Part shown: piece by piece, positions 10,447 to 20,793 of the stretch
How positions within the stretch are numbered: position 1 is the stretch's first letter
How the letters are laid out: each line of letters starts with the position of its first letter
Source: a virus
IMG/VR virus record: IMGVR_UViG_3300029448_000010
Span: 1 to 64,000 of that record
Length of the DNA stretch: 64,000 bases
Direction: 5' to 3' (one strand)
Translations under genes and position numbers: made by a program
The notes under the pieces: model-generated
The model's input: the letters and a program-made list of their open reading frames with translations, nothing else
Databases searched by the model: none
Told to the model about the DNA's origin: nothing

Positions 10447-11320
10447 CTAATTTTCTTTGTATTTTACCAGTTCTTATACTAGATAAGTCCCATTTCATAG
10501 CCTTGTAAATAGGCTCGGCCTTTTTTAAGACCTGTTCTGCGTAGTGTGACCAATCAACCGTATAACTTTCAAAGTCTGCATAGGTTGTGCCGGAAACATA
10601 TTCCACGCTTCTTATTTCCTTAGTCAAAGGATTTGTATAACTATCGTTAACACTCTTTACTTTAAGATAAAGATAAGAGTCGTCAAAGGTCATATCCTTC
10701 TTTTCCCAACCATATAATACACCGGCAATACCGGAACCAAATGTGGGTTTTTTCCCTTCTAAAGTAGTGAAGTTTTTAGTATCGTTACTGCACTTTTTAC
10801 ACCATCCCATTTTCAAACAATCGGTGATGTGATATTTAGTATTACATTTACCGCACTTAACCATAAAGCGATTAGATTTTAACCTACTTCTTTTGATGAA
10901 GTTTTTAATCTCTATCTCACCATTAAGAGTAGCAGTATATTTATCATGCAAGTATGCTAAGATTTCAGTTTCCGTTTTAGAGTTAACCCACATCTTTAGT
11001 ACATCAGTCTGAATAGTTTTTGAGAAGGGAGTTTCACTAACTCTCTTCGCAGTAAAACCCGTCATGGTAAACTTAGGTTTATCTAAATAATTACCATCCT
11101 CCCATACAATCATACCGGCATTTCTATTCTTAGTTACTCCTACTCCTAAAGCAGAATAGTATTTTTCAAACTCTAATACTACGGGGTGTTCATCTAATCC
11201 CATAACATTAGGAAAGGATTCTCTAACGCTAGTTTCGATTTCTTTAATACATTCTTCTGCTCTTTCAATAGAGTCAATCTGAACATAAATAGAATCAGTG
11301 TGTCCGTAAACTACTTTCAT
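10433..11320 (-). CDS. polB: Family B DNA polymerase, C-terminal part (motif C plus thumb, with Zn-finger insertion)
   Basis: YGHTDSIYV, LEFEK, KNRNAG, GFTAKR motifs; CGKC...CKKC insertion. Confidence 0.9.
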   Translation of the reverse strand: MKVVYGHTDSIYVQIDSIERAEECIKEIETSVRESFPNVMGLDEHPVVLEFEKYYSALGVGVTKNRNAGMIVWEDGNYLDKPKFTMTGFTAKRVSETPFSKTIQTDVLKMWVNSKTETEILAYLHDKYTATLNGEIEIKNFIKRSRLKSNRFMVKCGKCNTKYHITDCLKMGWCKKCSNDTKNFTTLEGKKPTFGSGIAGVLYGWEKKDMTFDDSYLYLKVKSVNDSYTNPLTKEIRSVEYVSGTTYADFESYTVDWSHYAEQVLKKAEPIYKAMKWDLSSIRTGKIQRKLDDWW

Positions 11321-11325
11321 AAATA

Positions 11326-12300
11326 TCACTCCAATGGGTGTTCTATATTTTTATCTCCAAGAGTCCACTTTAGGGCTTTGATTACTCCTTCTAATGCCTT
11401 GTAGTTTCTCATGTGATATATGCGGTCTTTCTTATTAGGACTCTGCATTTTAGTATAGTGCATGTTTTGTTTTCTTTCTGCTCTTTCAAGCATAGCATGT
11501 ATATCCGCCCAAGTCCTGTCATAAGTAAAAGGCATAATCACACCTTCAATTTAGCAAGTATTCTTTTCTCTATCTTTTGAGATATAGTTTCATGGTTAAT
11601 CATCCAAGCATCAATCTCGTTGATTCTAAGAGTATCTATTACATCCGATTCTAAAGCATACTCAGATTCTAATTTCCATATCTTACCTGTTAACGCTTCG
11701 ACATCATTTTCTAATGATGTAATGGTTTTCATGTAAGTTTCCATTCTATCTGCTAATCCTTCGTTTTCCATTGTTAGTCTTTCAACTGCTTTATTTAATA
11801 TATCTATTTCATTCATACTATCACCGTTACTATTGTTAAGATGGTTGCTATGTTTACGATATTTACCATCATTAATATCTTGTTACTTTTTGCTATCATA
11901 GCCAGCAATTCTTCTAATAACTCATTCGTCTTGTCCATCATCATGATTAACACCTTGTTCTATATCTATAATGATAGCATTACGCTTCAAGTTATTCATC
12001 ATTTTAAATATCTCTTTTACTTCTTGTAAAGTTATATCCCATGTTTCTTCAGTATCATAAGATACCTTTACTGTTACATATTTAGTCATCATATTAATCA
12101 CACTTCCTATACAAATGTCTAGAATGAGTTACTCCTATTAACACACAATTCCTTGCAAGGTACTGTCCTATTGAGGTGTTGCTTTCAATGTAATTTGACT
12201 TATGGCGTTCCACTAGTTTCTCTCTTATTGTAAGAGCAGTAAAAGGTTCTGTCATTTCTGATATAATTTTATCAGTCCATACTTGGCATCTTTTATTCAT
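11326..12300 (-). other. Block of five small ORFs between the two polB halves (12094-12300, ~11928-12089, ~11813-11944, 11538-11816, 11326-11541)
   Basis: Tightly packed co-directional ORFs with SD motifs; two are under 60 aa and were read by hand. Confidence 0.65.
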
Positions 12301-13964
12301 ACTTTCATCTCCTTTGCCTTAAATGCCGCTAATCTAATTGCTTCTCTTGCACTTGCAGTTATACTTGCGGCTAAATCAACATCAGCCCAAGCAAAACCAG
12401 TATATCCGATTATGCCATAAAAAGATGCAGAAAGCCTTTTTACTGCCATTTGATTGTTATACCACTTAATATAGGCTTTATCATTATTCGATTCCCTAGC
12501 CTCTCGCATAAGACGCTTATATTCATTTCGCAGTTCCTTTAACTCTAGAACAGATTTAGGTAACAAACCTAACTTATCCGTCTTGTAATAAAGCATCTCA
12601 ACTTCTGTAACTTCGCTGAAATCTCTAGGTGTTAGGATATTAACTCCAAACTCCGTAGGTTCAGATGATTTAGTTTCAAAAGAAATGTTTCGTGCTATCA
12701 TCATACTTGGGTACAATCCGCTATAATCAAACGCCGCCACATTAAGATGTAGTCCGTTAGTGTCTTCGCTTAACGGGTCATAAATCATGGCTCCTTTATA
12801 CGATTCTTTCTCAGCCTTTTTGTTTCCTGTTGGTGCTATCCACCAAGCATTTCTCATAAAGTAAATTGAACCCATATGACTTGCATAAAAACAAGCATCA
12901 AAGGGTGCTTTCAATAATCTTTGCAGTGCTATAATCGCCTCACTACAATAATTAGTTTCATCTATTTCAACAATCAATTCAACATCTTTCAAAGCATATT
13001 GCAAATAAGTTTCAGTATCTTCTAACCAAGCCCTACGGTAAAACTCGTTAGGGTCTGGGAATTTTTCACTTACTAGTTTCTTTTTACCTAATAGGATTTC
13101 TGAAACATAATCTAAACTTAAAGAAGGTAATGTTCCTCTTTGTGAATCATTCCATTGTCTTTCAAAAGCAAGGTCTAGATTGAGGGTTATGCGACCCCCT
13201 ATGGGCTGTTCGATAGGTGAAAACCCCTTTTCACCCTTAATGTATTTGAAGCCACCCTTGCTCTTTTTAAGGCCATCTATGCGGTTAATTGGAGACATTC
13301 TATTAGGGTTGATTCCTAATGCACAGCATCTTTCAAGAAGTTTAGGTATATCTGCAAAGTTACCAAACCATGCAATTAACATATCAGGGTCTTTGTCTAT
13401 CATAGTATTAATGAAGTGTTCAAGCATATGCTTTTCATCACTACAATAATTCATATTGCTTATCTCTAAAGAATTATCGAATATATTCAATTCGTTTTCT
13501 TTAGGAAACCAAACCCATTGATGGTATTCTTTATCATAATTATCATACATTACAATAGTAGTAATCTTATCGTGGTGTTCCCCGCCTTGTTGCCATTCCA
13601 TATCCCAATACCATTTACGCATTTTATACTCCGGCATTTCTGAAATAGTGTCAACTGCATATCTAAATGTATAAGGTACATCTGCTTCGTATGTTTTACT
13701 AAACATCTTTCTAGCAGAATAGATGTCAAAGGAGTTTTCCACATATACTCTCTTTAGACTTTCTTTATCTAGATTAACCCAATCACCTCTTTCGTACTCA
13801 AAGTTTCTTCTGATATACTTACTAGGTGAATAATTAGCATGTTCTTTTTCGTCTTCCTTGACATAAAAATAAGGTCTAAATGCTTCCATTAGAAACTTCT
13901 TTTCTCCATTTTCTCTCCAAGACTTAAATACATGCTTTCCATCCATACACCTACTAATTATCAT
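12297..13964 (-). CDS. polB: Family B DNA polymerase, N-terminal part (3'-5' exonuclease plus motifs A and B)
   Basis: WDME, FGNFAD, YALKD exonuclease motifs; FDYSGLYPSMM (A); QMAVKRLSASFYG (B). Confidence 0.92.
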   Translation of the reverse strand: MIISRCMDGKHVFKSWRENGEKKFLMEAFRPYFYVKEDEKEHANYSPSKYIRRNFEYERGDWVNLDKESLKRVYVENSFDIYSARKMFSKTYEADVPYTFRYAVDTISEMPEYKMRKWYWDMEWQQGGEHHDKITTIVMYDNYDKEYHQWVWFPKENELNIFDNSLEISNMNYCSDEKHMLEHFINTMIDKDPDMLIAWFGNFADIPKLLERCCALGINPNRMSPINRIDGLKKSKGGFKYIKGEKGFSPIEQPIGGRITLNLDLAFERQWNDSQRGTLPSLSLDYVSEILLGKKKLVSEKFPDPNEFYRRAWLEDTETYLQYALKDVELIVEIDETNYCSEAIIALQRLLKAPFDACFYASHMGSIYFMRNAWWIAPTGNKKAEKESYKGAMIYDPLSEDTNGLHLNVAAFDYSGLYPSMMIARNISFETKSSEPTEFGVNILTPRDFSEVTEVEMLYYKTDKLGLLPKSVLELKELRNEYKRLMREARESNNDKAYIKWYNNQMAVKRLSASFYGIIGYTGFAWADVDLAASITASAREAIRLAAFKAKEMKV

Positions 13965-14768
13965 TCAATCCCCTCTAGTAAACGGTGCTTTAACCACCAT
14001 CTTATTTGGCCCTACAATCAATAACGGGAAGTCATCTCGTACATAGAAATTAAGTAAAGGCTGGTCTTTTACAAACTTATGAAGTGGCCCACTATATTGT
14101 AATGTAGCAGGTTCTCCAACACTATGTATTGCCGTCATTGACTCACCAAAAGTGTTAGCCGTTCCATTCTCACTACTAAAAGATACATTACCTTCTGCAC
14201 TATTGATTAGATATACCCCACTCTTAACTAATTCACAGCCACTAATTGCATCATTGAAAGATTCAGAAGTTAGTTGGAATGCACCCTCAAACTTCTTAGG
14301 GCCGAAAGAAAATAGTTTTTCAGGTATTGCGTCAAAGGTAACATCAGTTACCATCTGCTTAATCCTAGTTATTGCATCTATGTTAGGATGATTAACTGCC
14401 GCAGGTATTGATGCTGTTTTAGTACCAGCACTAATAGCCAAAAAGTCATTATAAGATACTGTTATTTCACCATCAAACTTCTTTAGATAAGGCACTACGG
14501 TATCTGCACTACCTACAAAAGAACCATTAGTATTTCCTGTAACTTCAATAGTCAAAGTAATGCCGCAGGTTGAATCACCGTTCCATAACTGCAATACATT
14601 TCCTTCTAATTCCATAAGAACATACGGGCTTAGTTTAGAATTAGAAAACCCTTTGTCTCCTAAGTACATTCCTTTACCCTGTATATCTTCTAAAGCCTTT
14701 GTTAATAATTTTGATTCCACATTAAATATCAAACTTTTCCCTCCCTTAATTCGGGAATACCATTCCAA
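13965..14768 (-). CDS. pcn: PCNA-like sliding clamp (true start probably slightly downstream)
   Basis: About 250 aa, adjacent to PolB, clamp-like beta/alpha pattern ending DFPLLI...VVKAP. Confidence 0.65.
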   Translation of the reverse strand: MEWYSRIKGGKSLIFNVESKLLTKALEDIQGKGMYLGDKGFSNSKLSPYVLMELEGNVLQLWNGDSTCGITLTIEVTGNTNGSFVGSADTVVPYLKKFDGEITVSYNDFLAISAGTKTASIPAAVNHPNIDAITRIKQMVTDVTFDAIPEKLFSFGPKKFEGAFQLTSESFNDAISGCELVKSGVYLINSAEGNVSFSSENGTANTFGESMTAIHSVGEPATLQYSGPLHKFVKDQPLLNFYVRDDFPLLIVGPNKMVVKAPFTRGD

Positions 14769-15544
14769 ACGATATTAGGGGGAGTACCTTGTCTAACAGT
14801 CCAAGTCTTACCGACTAAGTTACCATTAGTGCGACTACCGACTAATTCAGCCAAGTAGTGTATCTCTCCCTTAATCTTCTTTCTTGAACAATGAATCTCT
14901 TGTTCTAACTTACCGCCCCAATCTTTCCAATTAGCAATCATACCAATTGGCGTACCATCGTGATACTTTTCAGTTTCATGAGTTATGTAAACTATGTCAC
15001 AATCTAAGAGATAGATTGAATCCAATAAGTGATAGAAAGTCTTGTTTCTAGCACCATATTGAAATGGCATAACCTTTGTAACTAAAGTCGGGTTAGGGTT
15101 AATCTTCAAGATACAAGAATCGAGCCAAGTATCAACGCCGTCAAGAACAAATACTGGTCTTTCTCCTTCTTCAATCTTAGACCTGACATACTTGATAAAC
15201 ATGTGAGAGTTTTCTTCACTTGTTTGTATATCAATAATGTTATCCTTATTCATTTCAATAGGACAATATACCTGTATTCTTTCTGTTGAGTCGTGATGCT
15301 CACGCCATGTTGATTCAACCCCCTTATCCCAATCTAAAACATAAATTGGTCTATCGGGGAAATCCAAAGCGATTCCTGTCTTTCCTGTTTTGGGATGGCC
15401 CCAAACACCTAACACTAATCTAGAATTAACTTGCTTTCTTTTATTAGCCATTAATTCTTGAAACCTACTGTTAAACTGTTCCTGTTTCTTTCCAAAATCC
15501 ATACTTGCTGTTCCTTGTTTACTAGTCAAACTCATTTTCTTCAC
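14729..15544 (-). CDS. RecA-superfamily/AAA_24 (Sak4-like) ATPase
   Basis: GHPKTGKT Walker A, VLDWDKG, VLDGVD Walker B, YITHE. Confidence 0.75.
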   Translation of the reverse strand: MKKMSLTSKQGTASMDFGKKQEQFNSRFQELMANKRKQVNSRLVLGVWGHPKTGKTGIALDFPDRPIYVLDWDKGVESTWREHHDSTERIQVYCPIEMNKDNIIDIQTSEENSHMFIKYVRSKIEEGERPVFVLDGVDTWLDSCILKINPNPTLVTKVMPFQYGARNKTFYHLLDSIYLLDCDIVYITHETEKYHDGTPIGMIANWKDWGGKLEQEIHCSRKKIKGEIHYLAELVGSRTNGNLVGKTWTVRQGTPPNIVWNGIPELREGKV

Positions 15545-15785
15545 CTAATTCTTCTATTTCTATTTCTATTTTATTACCATGAACCCTAGTCCACTCTTCT
15601 ATAATTACTTTTAATTCAGGCTTAGAGCATACATACCTAGCCTCTTTAGAACCTATGTGCATTTTAAGCCAATAAGTACCGTACTCGGTTGCATTTTCTT
15701 TCCAAGTCAAGAAGTCAACATTGATTAAATCAACAATGTAACTCCCACTCTTAAACATAAATCTATTTTCTATAATTCCATTCAT
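15522..15785 (-). CDS. Hypothetical protein
   Basis: Operon-embedded ORF with SD. Confidence 0.55.
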   Translation of the reverse strand: MNGIIENRFMFKSGSYIVDLINVDFLTWKENATEYGTYWLKMHIGSKEARYVCSKPELKVIIEEWTRVHGNKIEIEIEELGEENEFD

Positions 15786-15872
15786 ATATTTCCCTCATTT
15801 GGGATAGGCTTCGCACCTATTTGAGCATCATTTTCGCCACACTTACACGACATTTTAGGTATTAATTAAATA

Positions 15873-17093
15873 TCAAAACCAATCGAAATCGGTTTCAACG
15901 GGCTGATTTACTTCAACAGGTGAACCTCTCTTTTGTGTAACATATAGTCCTGAAACATTAATTGTTACAGGTTCCGGCCCTTCATCAGTAATACGCTGTG
16001 AAGTCCTACCGACTACAATTACTTGAGAACCTATTCCAAAGTCCAATTCAACATTAGATGGAACCCAACATGTAGTCATGTTAGAATCATTATCATAGTC
16101 AAACTCGGCATTTAAATCAGTAAGGTTTAGAATACGGTTGCCATTCTTAGTAGGCATCATGTTCATATTACAAACTGTTCCATCTGTAATGATAAAGCGG
16201 TCACTTGCTGGCAAAGTTTGCCTAGTAATGTGCGCTCTATCAATTTCAACAAGTGGGGTTAAATGGGTGCTAAAGTTATTAGCAAGACATTCTTCAAAGT
16301 CATAATTTTCCATATTTCTGTAATCAGAATTATCTGGATTCAATTCAGCATTTCTAACTAAACTCAACTTTGTTGTTTCAGTCATACCATATAGGTTATT
16401 ACCATCTTCGCTTGGTATTGCTACAAAGTGAACATAATCATAGGTATTAGGAGTAAAGTCAACTCCACCTTGATTCTTGTATGAGAAGTTATACTTCTTC
16501 ATTTCTCCACCATCAACGCTACCAAAGAATACTCCACTGCGTCTGAATTGTTCAAGAGGAAGTGGTTTTCCAAAGTTACGGTTTTCACCGCCATTTTGGT
16601 ATCTTTCTGTACTATCCAAAGGAATAACCCATACTCCATCATCCATTTCTTCAGCAGTAACAGGTCTTTCTGTTACTTCTTTTTGTTGTAGGTCGCCCTT
16701 ATAGTAACGAGTAATAGTCCAACCGCCTAAAGCGTTTTCTTCAGCATTAGCAATAATACCTTCTGTTAGAGCATTGTCAGCATCTCTTCGGTATTCGTCT
16801 TTAGCCTTATTTCTATTCCAAGACATCATATCCCTCGGTTCTTCAAGACCAACAAAGAATCCAAATACTTTCTTTACAAGTGAATTGCTTCCACTTGAAG
16901 TATTGTTGTTATTTGGTTTGTTAGCCCTGCGAGTCTGTGCTACATAATTGCGCCACAATCCCTTCGCCAATGGGTCAGTTGTTTCTATTCCGTTTTCTAA
17001 ACAAATATCATTAAACTTAACCAGCGCATCTTCGCCACTCATATTGATATATTGTGCAGATTTCTCTATTTCACTTTTCATTTCTTCGTTCAT
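15873..17093 (-). CDS. RPA-like OB-fold ssDNA-binding protein
   Basis: C-terminal OB fold (ITDGTV...ILNLTD...CWV...GSQVIVVGR), acidic-aromatic tail ETDFDWF, replication context. Confidence 0.6.
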   Translation of the reverse strand: MNEEMKSEIEKSAQYINMSGEDALVKFNDICLENGIETTDPLAKGLWRNYVAQTRRANKPNNNNTSSGSNSLVKKVFGFFVGLEEPRDMMSWNRNKAKDEYRRDADNALTEGIIANAEENALGGWTITRYYKGDLQQKEVTERPVTAEEMDDGVWVIPLDSTERYQNGGENRNFGKPLPLEQFRRSGVFFGSVDGGEMKKYNFSYKNQGGVDFTPNTYDYVHFVAIPSEDGNNLYGMTETTKLSLVRNAELNPDNSDYRNMENYDFEECLANNFSTHLTPLVEIDRAHITRQTLPASDRFIITDGTVCNMNMMPTKNGNRILNLTDLNAEFDYDNDSNMTTCWVPSNVELDFGIGSQVIVVGRTSQRITDEGPEPVTINVSGLYVTQKRGSPVEVNQPVETDFDWF

Positions 17094-17111
17094 ATTTTTC
17101 CCTCATTTATT

Positions 17112-18026
17112 TTATATTAATTGTCCTACCATCCAAGATATTAGTACCTTTGGTGTCATGGTAGTGGAACGCCATTCGCTTTCTCCTATTGTTCTTAGTA
17201 ATTTGAATTTAATTAGATTGTCTAATTCCTTAGAGTTTATTACAGCATTGTGTAGTCCTAAGCATAATTCTTTGACACTACGCCCTTCATAAATAAGATT
17301 ATGAAGTTGCTTTAATGACTCATTTGGATTTTTATTCAGTATTAGCATAAGTATTTTATTGTATTCTTCTAGTGAAGATTCTATTTGTTTCGTTAGAGAA
17401 TTACCGGAGGCTTTCGCCGCCTGTATCTCCGTGATTGCCCTACGCAAGTCACCGTCTAAAGCATATATAAGGCGACTCAAATCATCATCCTCAAATGCAC
17501 TTACTTGTTCTTTTTGAAGTATTTCTTTGATTACTTCTAAAATGACTTCATTAGACAGTGGCTTGAAATGATAGTTTGCACACCTACTTTGCAAAGGATA
17601 TATAATCTTACTCTTGTCATTACAAGTAATAATGAATCTTATATTACCAGAATATCTTTCCATAATACGCTTTAGTGCATTCTGAGCATCGGTAGTCATA
17701 CCATCCATTTCATCTAATAAACAGATTCTAAACGGTACATCACCGATAGTACCGCTTTGCGCTACATTCTTAATGGTGGTTCTTACCACTTCAAGTCGTC
17801 TATCATCAGAAGCATTCACTTCAACAAAGTTATCTTTAGCATATTCACCTAACAAGGTTTTTGCCAATGCTAAACCTGCCGCAGTTTTACCACAACCAGC
17901 ATTACCATAAAGCAATACATTAGGCATATTCTTTTCTTCTATCCATAACTCCGCATCTAATACAAAGTGTTCTTGTCCTTTAACATCTCTCAAAGTCTTC
18001 GGTCTATACTTTTCAGTCCATAACAT
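17112..18026 (-). CDS. rfcS: Replication factor C small subunit (clamp loader)
   Basis: WTEKYRP, GCGKT, EVNASDDR, LDEMD, SRC, GDLR motifs. Confidence 0.95.
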   Translation of the reverse strand: MLWTEKYRPKTLRDVKGQEHFVLDAELWIEEKNMPNVLLYGNAGCGKTAAGLALAKTLLGEYAKDNFVEVNASDDRRLEVVRTTIKNVAQSGTIGDVPFRICLLDEMDGMTTDAQNALKRIMERYSGNIRFIITCNDKSKIIYPLQSRCANYHFKPLSNEVILEVIKEILQKEQVSAFEDDDLSRLIYALDGDLRRAITEIQAAKASGNSLTKQIESSLEEYNKILMLILNKNPNESLKQLHNLIYEGRSVKELCLGLHNAVINSKELDNLIKFKLLRTIGESEWRSTTMTPKVLISWMVGQLI

Positions 18027-18264
18027 TTTTATTCCTCCAAATTCTTAATTTCCTACCTCTCGGTTGATTCTCTTCAGTAACCATAATAAAATTAGGATTA
18101 CTTTTCAATAAAGACACAACCTGATGATAAGTAGGTACTCTTCTTCTAGTCCTACCATTCACCTTTAAGTGTAATATCTTGTGATGTACTTCACGGCTAG
18201 TTAATTCTTCTTCTCCTAATACTCTTCTTATATTATCAATAAATAAATCTGTTCTAGTTCCCAT
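18013..18264 (-). CDS. Small winged-helix DNA-binding protein
   Basis: LTSREV...PTYHQVVSLLKSNPNF...IWR pattern. Confidence 0.55.
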   Translation of the reverse strand: MGTRTDLFIDNIRRVLGEEELTSREVHHKILHLKVNGRTRRRVPTYHQVVSLLKSNPNFIMVTEENQPRGRKLRIWRNKNVMD

Positions 18265-19114
18265 TATAATAATCCTCCAGTGAGTTTTGCTGAACCATAA
18301 CTGGCTCAGTCTTTTTTCTTCTTTTCTTTTCTCCTAAAGATAAAATCCTACAATCACCGTTATTGAATTTAGATTTCGCATATTTTACAAAATCTTCATC
18401 TTGCTTCATCTGATTAAAGATTCTTGTATCGGCGTTCCTAATACCGATTCTCTTTAGAAGTCTAGGTACTTTAGAATATGTACCTCTATATGGCATATTT
18501 ATTCTTCCTCGCACATTACCTTCATGACAATATGATAACATTTCATAAAAGTAACTTTGCGACCATCTTCTTTTTACTACACCATCAATAAAAAGAATCT
18601 TGTTAGGGTGAATGTTCTCGACAATCCAAGATAGTATTTGAGTATCAGAGGGCTTATTGAACTTCAATACTTCTGATACTAAATCTCTATCTGTTTCTTT
18701 GAGAAAATAACTCACTAATGAGTAAGTATCTTTCTCTAATGAAAATGGTTCTTCGCTGTTAGGGGCTAATTCTTTAATAGAATCTAACATGTGATTCTTT
18801 GAACCTGCCCTTTTGATTTGACACATATTTTTTATGGTCTTCGGAACATCTTTTTCATTGATTGAAGTTAATACAACCTCTCCCCTGTACCTTCTAATAA
18901 CATTAAGAATGGAATCAGTCTTAGGTTTATAATTAACATCTTCAATTATAATACCATTAACTCTAGGAATAGAACCTAAGTCCTGTATATTCATTTCATT
19001 AGCATAAACTACAACCGCATTGGGTAGTAGTTGTTTTGCCTTTGTCGTTTTTCCTGTTCCTGTTTTTCCTGTTATTAGTATTGGTCTATTTTCATTTAAA
19101 TTGGTCAAACCCAT
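18254..19114 (-). CDS. Truncated RFC large-subunit-like AAA+ protein
   Basis: GKTGTGKT, IIIEDV; adjacent to rfcS; PIP-like C-terminus QNSLEDY. Confidence 0.65.
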   Translation of the reverse strand: MGLTNLNENRPILITGKTGTGKTTKAKQLLPNAVVVYANEMNIQDLGSIPRVNGIIIEDVNYKPKTDSILNVIRRYRGEVVLTSINEKDVPKTIKNMCQIKRAGSKNHMLDSIKELAPNSEEPFSLEKDTYSLVSYFLKETDRDLVSEVLKFNKPSDTQILSWIVENIHPNKILFIDGVVKRRWSQSYFYEMLSYCHEGNVRGRINMPYRGTYSKVPRLLKRIGIRNADTRIFNQMKQDEDFVKYAKSKFNNGDCRILSLGEKKRRKKTEPVMVQQNSLEDYYNGN

Positions 19115-19115
19115 T

Positions 19116-19520
19116 CTATATCAATCCCTTTAGTTTGAAGAGGGCTTCTAACCCCTCTAAAGTTAAGTGTTCATTATTGGCTACTATATTTACTGCTTCT
19201 GCAAATGTAGTCCAATCGTTATTACGGTCAGGTATTCCTGATGGAATCAAATCACATAATTTGTATATGTTTTTAATTCCGCCTACTCTTAGAATAGGGC
19301 GAGGTCTTGCGTCTGATTCTCTTGTGGATAAAGATGCCATTACATCATACTGAAGTAATGTTCTTCTTATTGCCATTAAGTACTCGGCTCTCCCTCTAAG
19401 AATTATCTTGAGTCTAACTCTATATCCTATTTGGGAGTTAGAATCTTTTATGATTTGTATTTCAGGTTTAGAAGAAGACAATAAAATACCTATTATCATA
19501 TCTTTACTATACATATCCAT
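19116..19520 (-). CDS. Single-motif LAGLIDADG-fold protein, apparently catalytically degenerate
   Basis: IIGILLSSSK...IGYRVRLKII and HLTLEGLEAL resemble I-CreI-type homing endonucleases; the acidic catalytic residue is absent. Confidence 0.6.
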   Translation of the reverse strand: MDMYSKDMIIGILLSSSKPEIQIIKDSNSQIGYRVRLKIILRGRAEYLMAIRRTLLQYDVMASLSTRESDARPRPILRVGGIKNIYKLCDLIPSGIPDRNNDWTTFAEAVNIVANNEHLTLEGLEALFKLKGLI

Positions 19521-19863
19521 TAGCCCCCATTATACCAATAAAGTCATGTTTTAGTCTTAAATAATCTAAACCTTCGGAAATAGTACTAGTGATTAATTCT
19601 TCAGCATTACTATTATCGCCGGGAAAAACCACATTAATCTGTGTTCCTCTATATTGATTTAATGCACTTGCTAACTCTTCATCAATTATTTCTTCTATAA
19701 ATATCATATCATGCTCAAAGCCTTTATGAACTAATCTTAACATTAAACCCTGTTGAAGCATCCTTAAATCTCTTTGTTCAATAGTACCATAAACAATGTA
19801 AGTGTAAGAAGTCACTCCGCCATATTCATTTATCCATTGTTGAATATGAGTATCTTGAAGCAT
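19507..19863 (-). CDS. Hypothetical protein
   Basis: Operon-embedded ORF. Confidence 0.55.
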   Translation of the reverse strand: MLQDTHIQQWINEYGGVTSYTYIVYGTIEQRDLRMLQQGLMLRLVHKGFEHDMIFIEEIIDEELASALNQYRGTQINVVFPGDNSNAEELITSTISEGLDYLRLKHDFIGIMGANGYV

Positions 19864-19867
19864 AGTC

Positions 19868-20314
19868 TCACTGTTCCTTTACATACTCTTCTTGTGTAGG
19901 CCAATGCCCTTTAGTGTCTTGATTAGCACTCAATTCCCACCAATACACATGCTGTGCTGAAATACGGTGGTGTCCTTTGGTTATAGCGTTTTCTTCTGAC
20001 CACGCTACCATGTCGGTTATTGCACCTTCTAGCCACTCATGCAGTAATGCAGTAAAACTATGACTAATAGGCATATCAGTAGCATTTCGTATCAATTGAT
20101 TAAGACTAACTCTAGAATTGTATTTTCTCTTCTTGGGCTGTTTAGGCTCAATAAATTCTCCTTGCTCATTAAAGTAAGGAACGAGATGTTGTAGCAATTT
20201 TTTAGGTCTGCCTTGTTCATGTAATACATTCTTTAGATGAGCATATCCATCCACTACATCAATACAAGTATAAGTCTCAAAATCTATTACAGTTAACTGT
20301 CCTTTTTGTATCAT
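19868..20314 (-). CDS. Protein with C-terminal histone-fold-like domain
   Basis: SLNQLIRNATDMPISHSF...LEGAITDMVAWSEENAITKGHHRISAQHV aligns by eye with the HMf/NF-Y histone fold. Confidence 0.55.
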   Translation of the reverse strand: MIQKGQLTVIDFETYTCIDVVDGYAHLKNVLHEQGRPKKLLQHLVPYFNEQGEFIEPKQPKKRKYNSRVSLNQLIRNATDMPISHSFTALLHEWLEGAITDMVAWSEENAITKGHHRISAQHVYWWELSANQDTKGHWPTQEEYVKEQ

Positions 20315-20793
20315 TCTTCTGCCTCCATTTGCGATTGTTTTAGTATCTTTAGAATAAGGTCTGTATCTGCACCGTTTTCTAATTGTAGTATGGTAAGGTT
20401 AATCACTTGCTTCTGCCTTTCAGCAAAATCTCTATCTTCTTTTAGAGAAACTAAAGACTCAAAAGCAGACCTAAAATCAGGAGTAAGAGTAAAACCAGCA
20501 TCTTTAGCAAGTTTTTTTTCTAGACCAAGTTTGTTTATCATAGCGACCTTTGGTGCGATTTCTGCATCCCAGTCATAATAGCGAGCATACAAGTTACGCA
20601 ATTTGGCTAAAGAAATCCTTACCCTTTTCTTGTAAAACTCTAGATGTCCTTCTATTTGTTTTTTAGACAAACTACTTATTTTGAAAACATTCCCTTTCGG
20701 GTCAGAAACATATCTAGTACTAGGTTTAGCATAAGTAGTTGAGGTTGGGTGAATTACATATCTATCATTTACTGCACTATATTCATCATTCAT
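20311..20793 (-). CDS. Hypothetical protein
   Basis: Operon-embedded ORF. Confidence 0.55.
   Translation of the reverse strand: MNDEYSAVNDRYVIHPTSTTYAKPSTRYVSDPKGNVFKISSLSKKQIEGHLEFYKKRVRISLAKLRNLYARYYDWDAEIAPKVAMINKLGLEKKLAKDAGFTLTPDFRSAFESLVSLKEDRDFAERQKQVINLTILQLENGADTDLILKILKQSQMEAEE

Noticed and set aside
11326-12300. Intein or group I intron in polB
   Set aside because: No split-intein terminal residues (C/S...HN) and no recognisable group I core; the insert is fully occupied by small ORFs.
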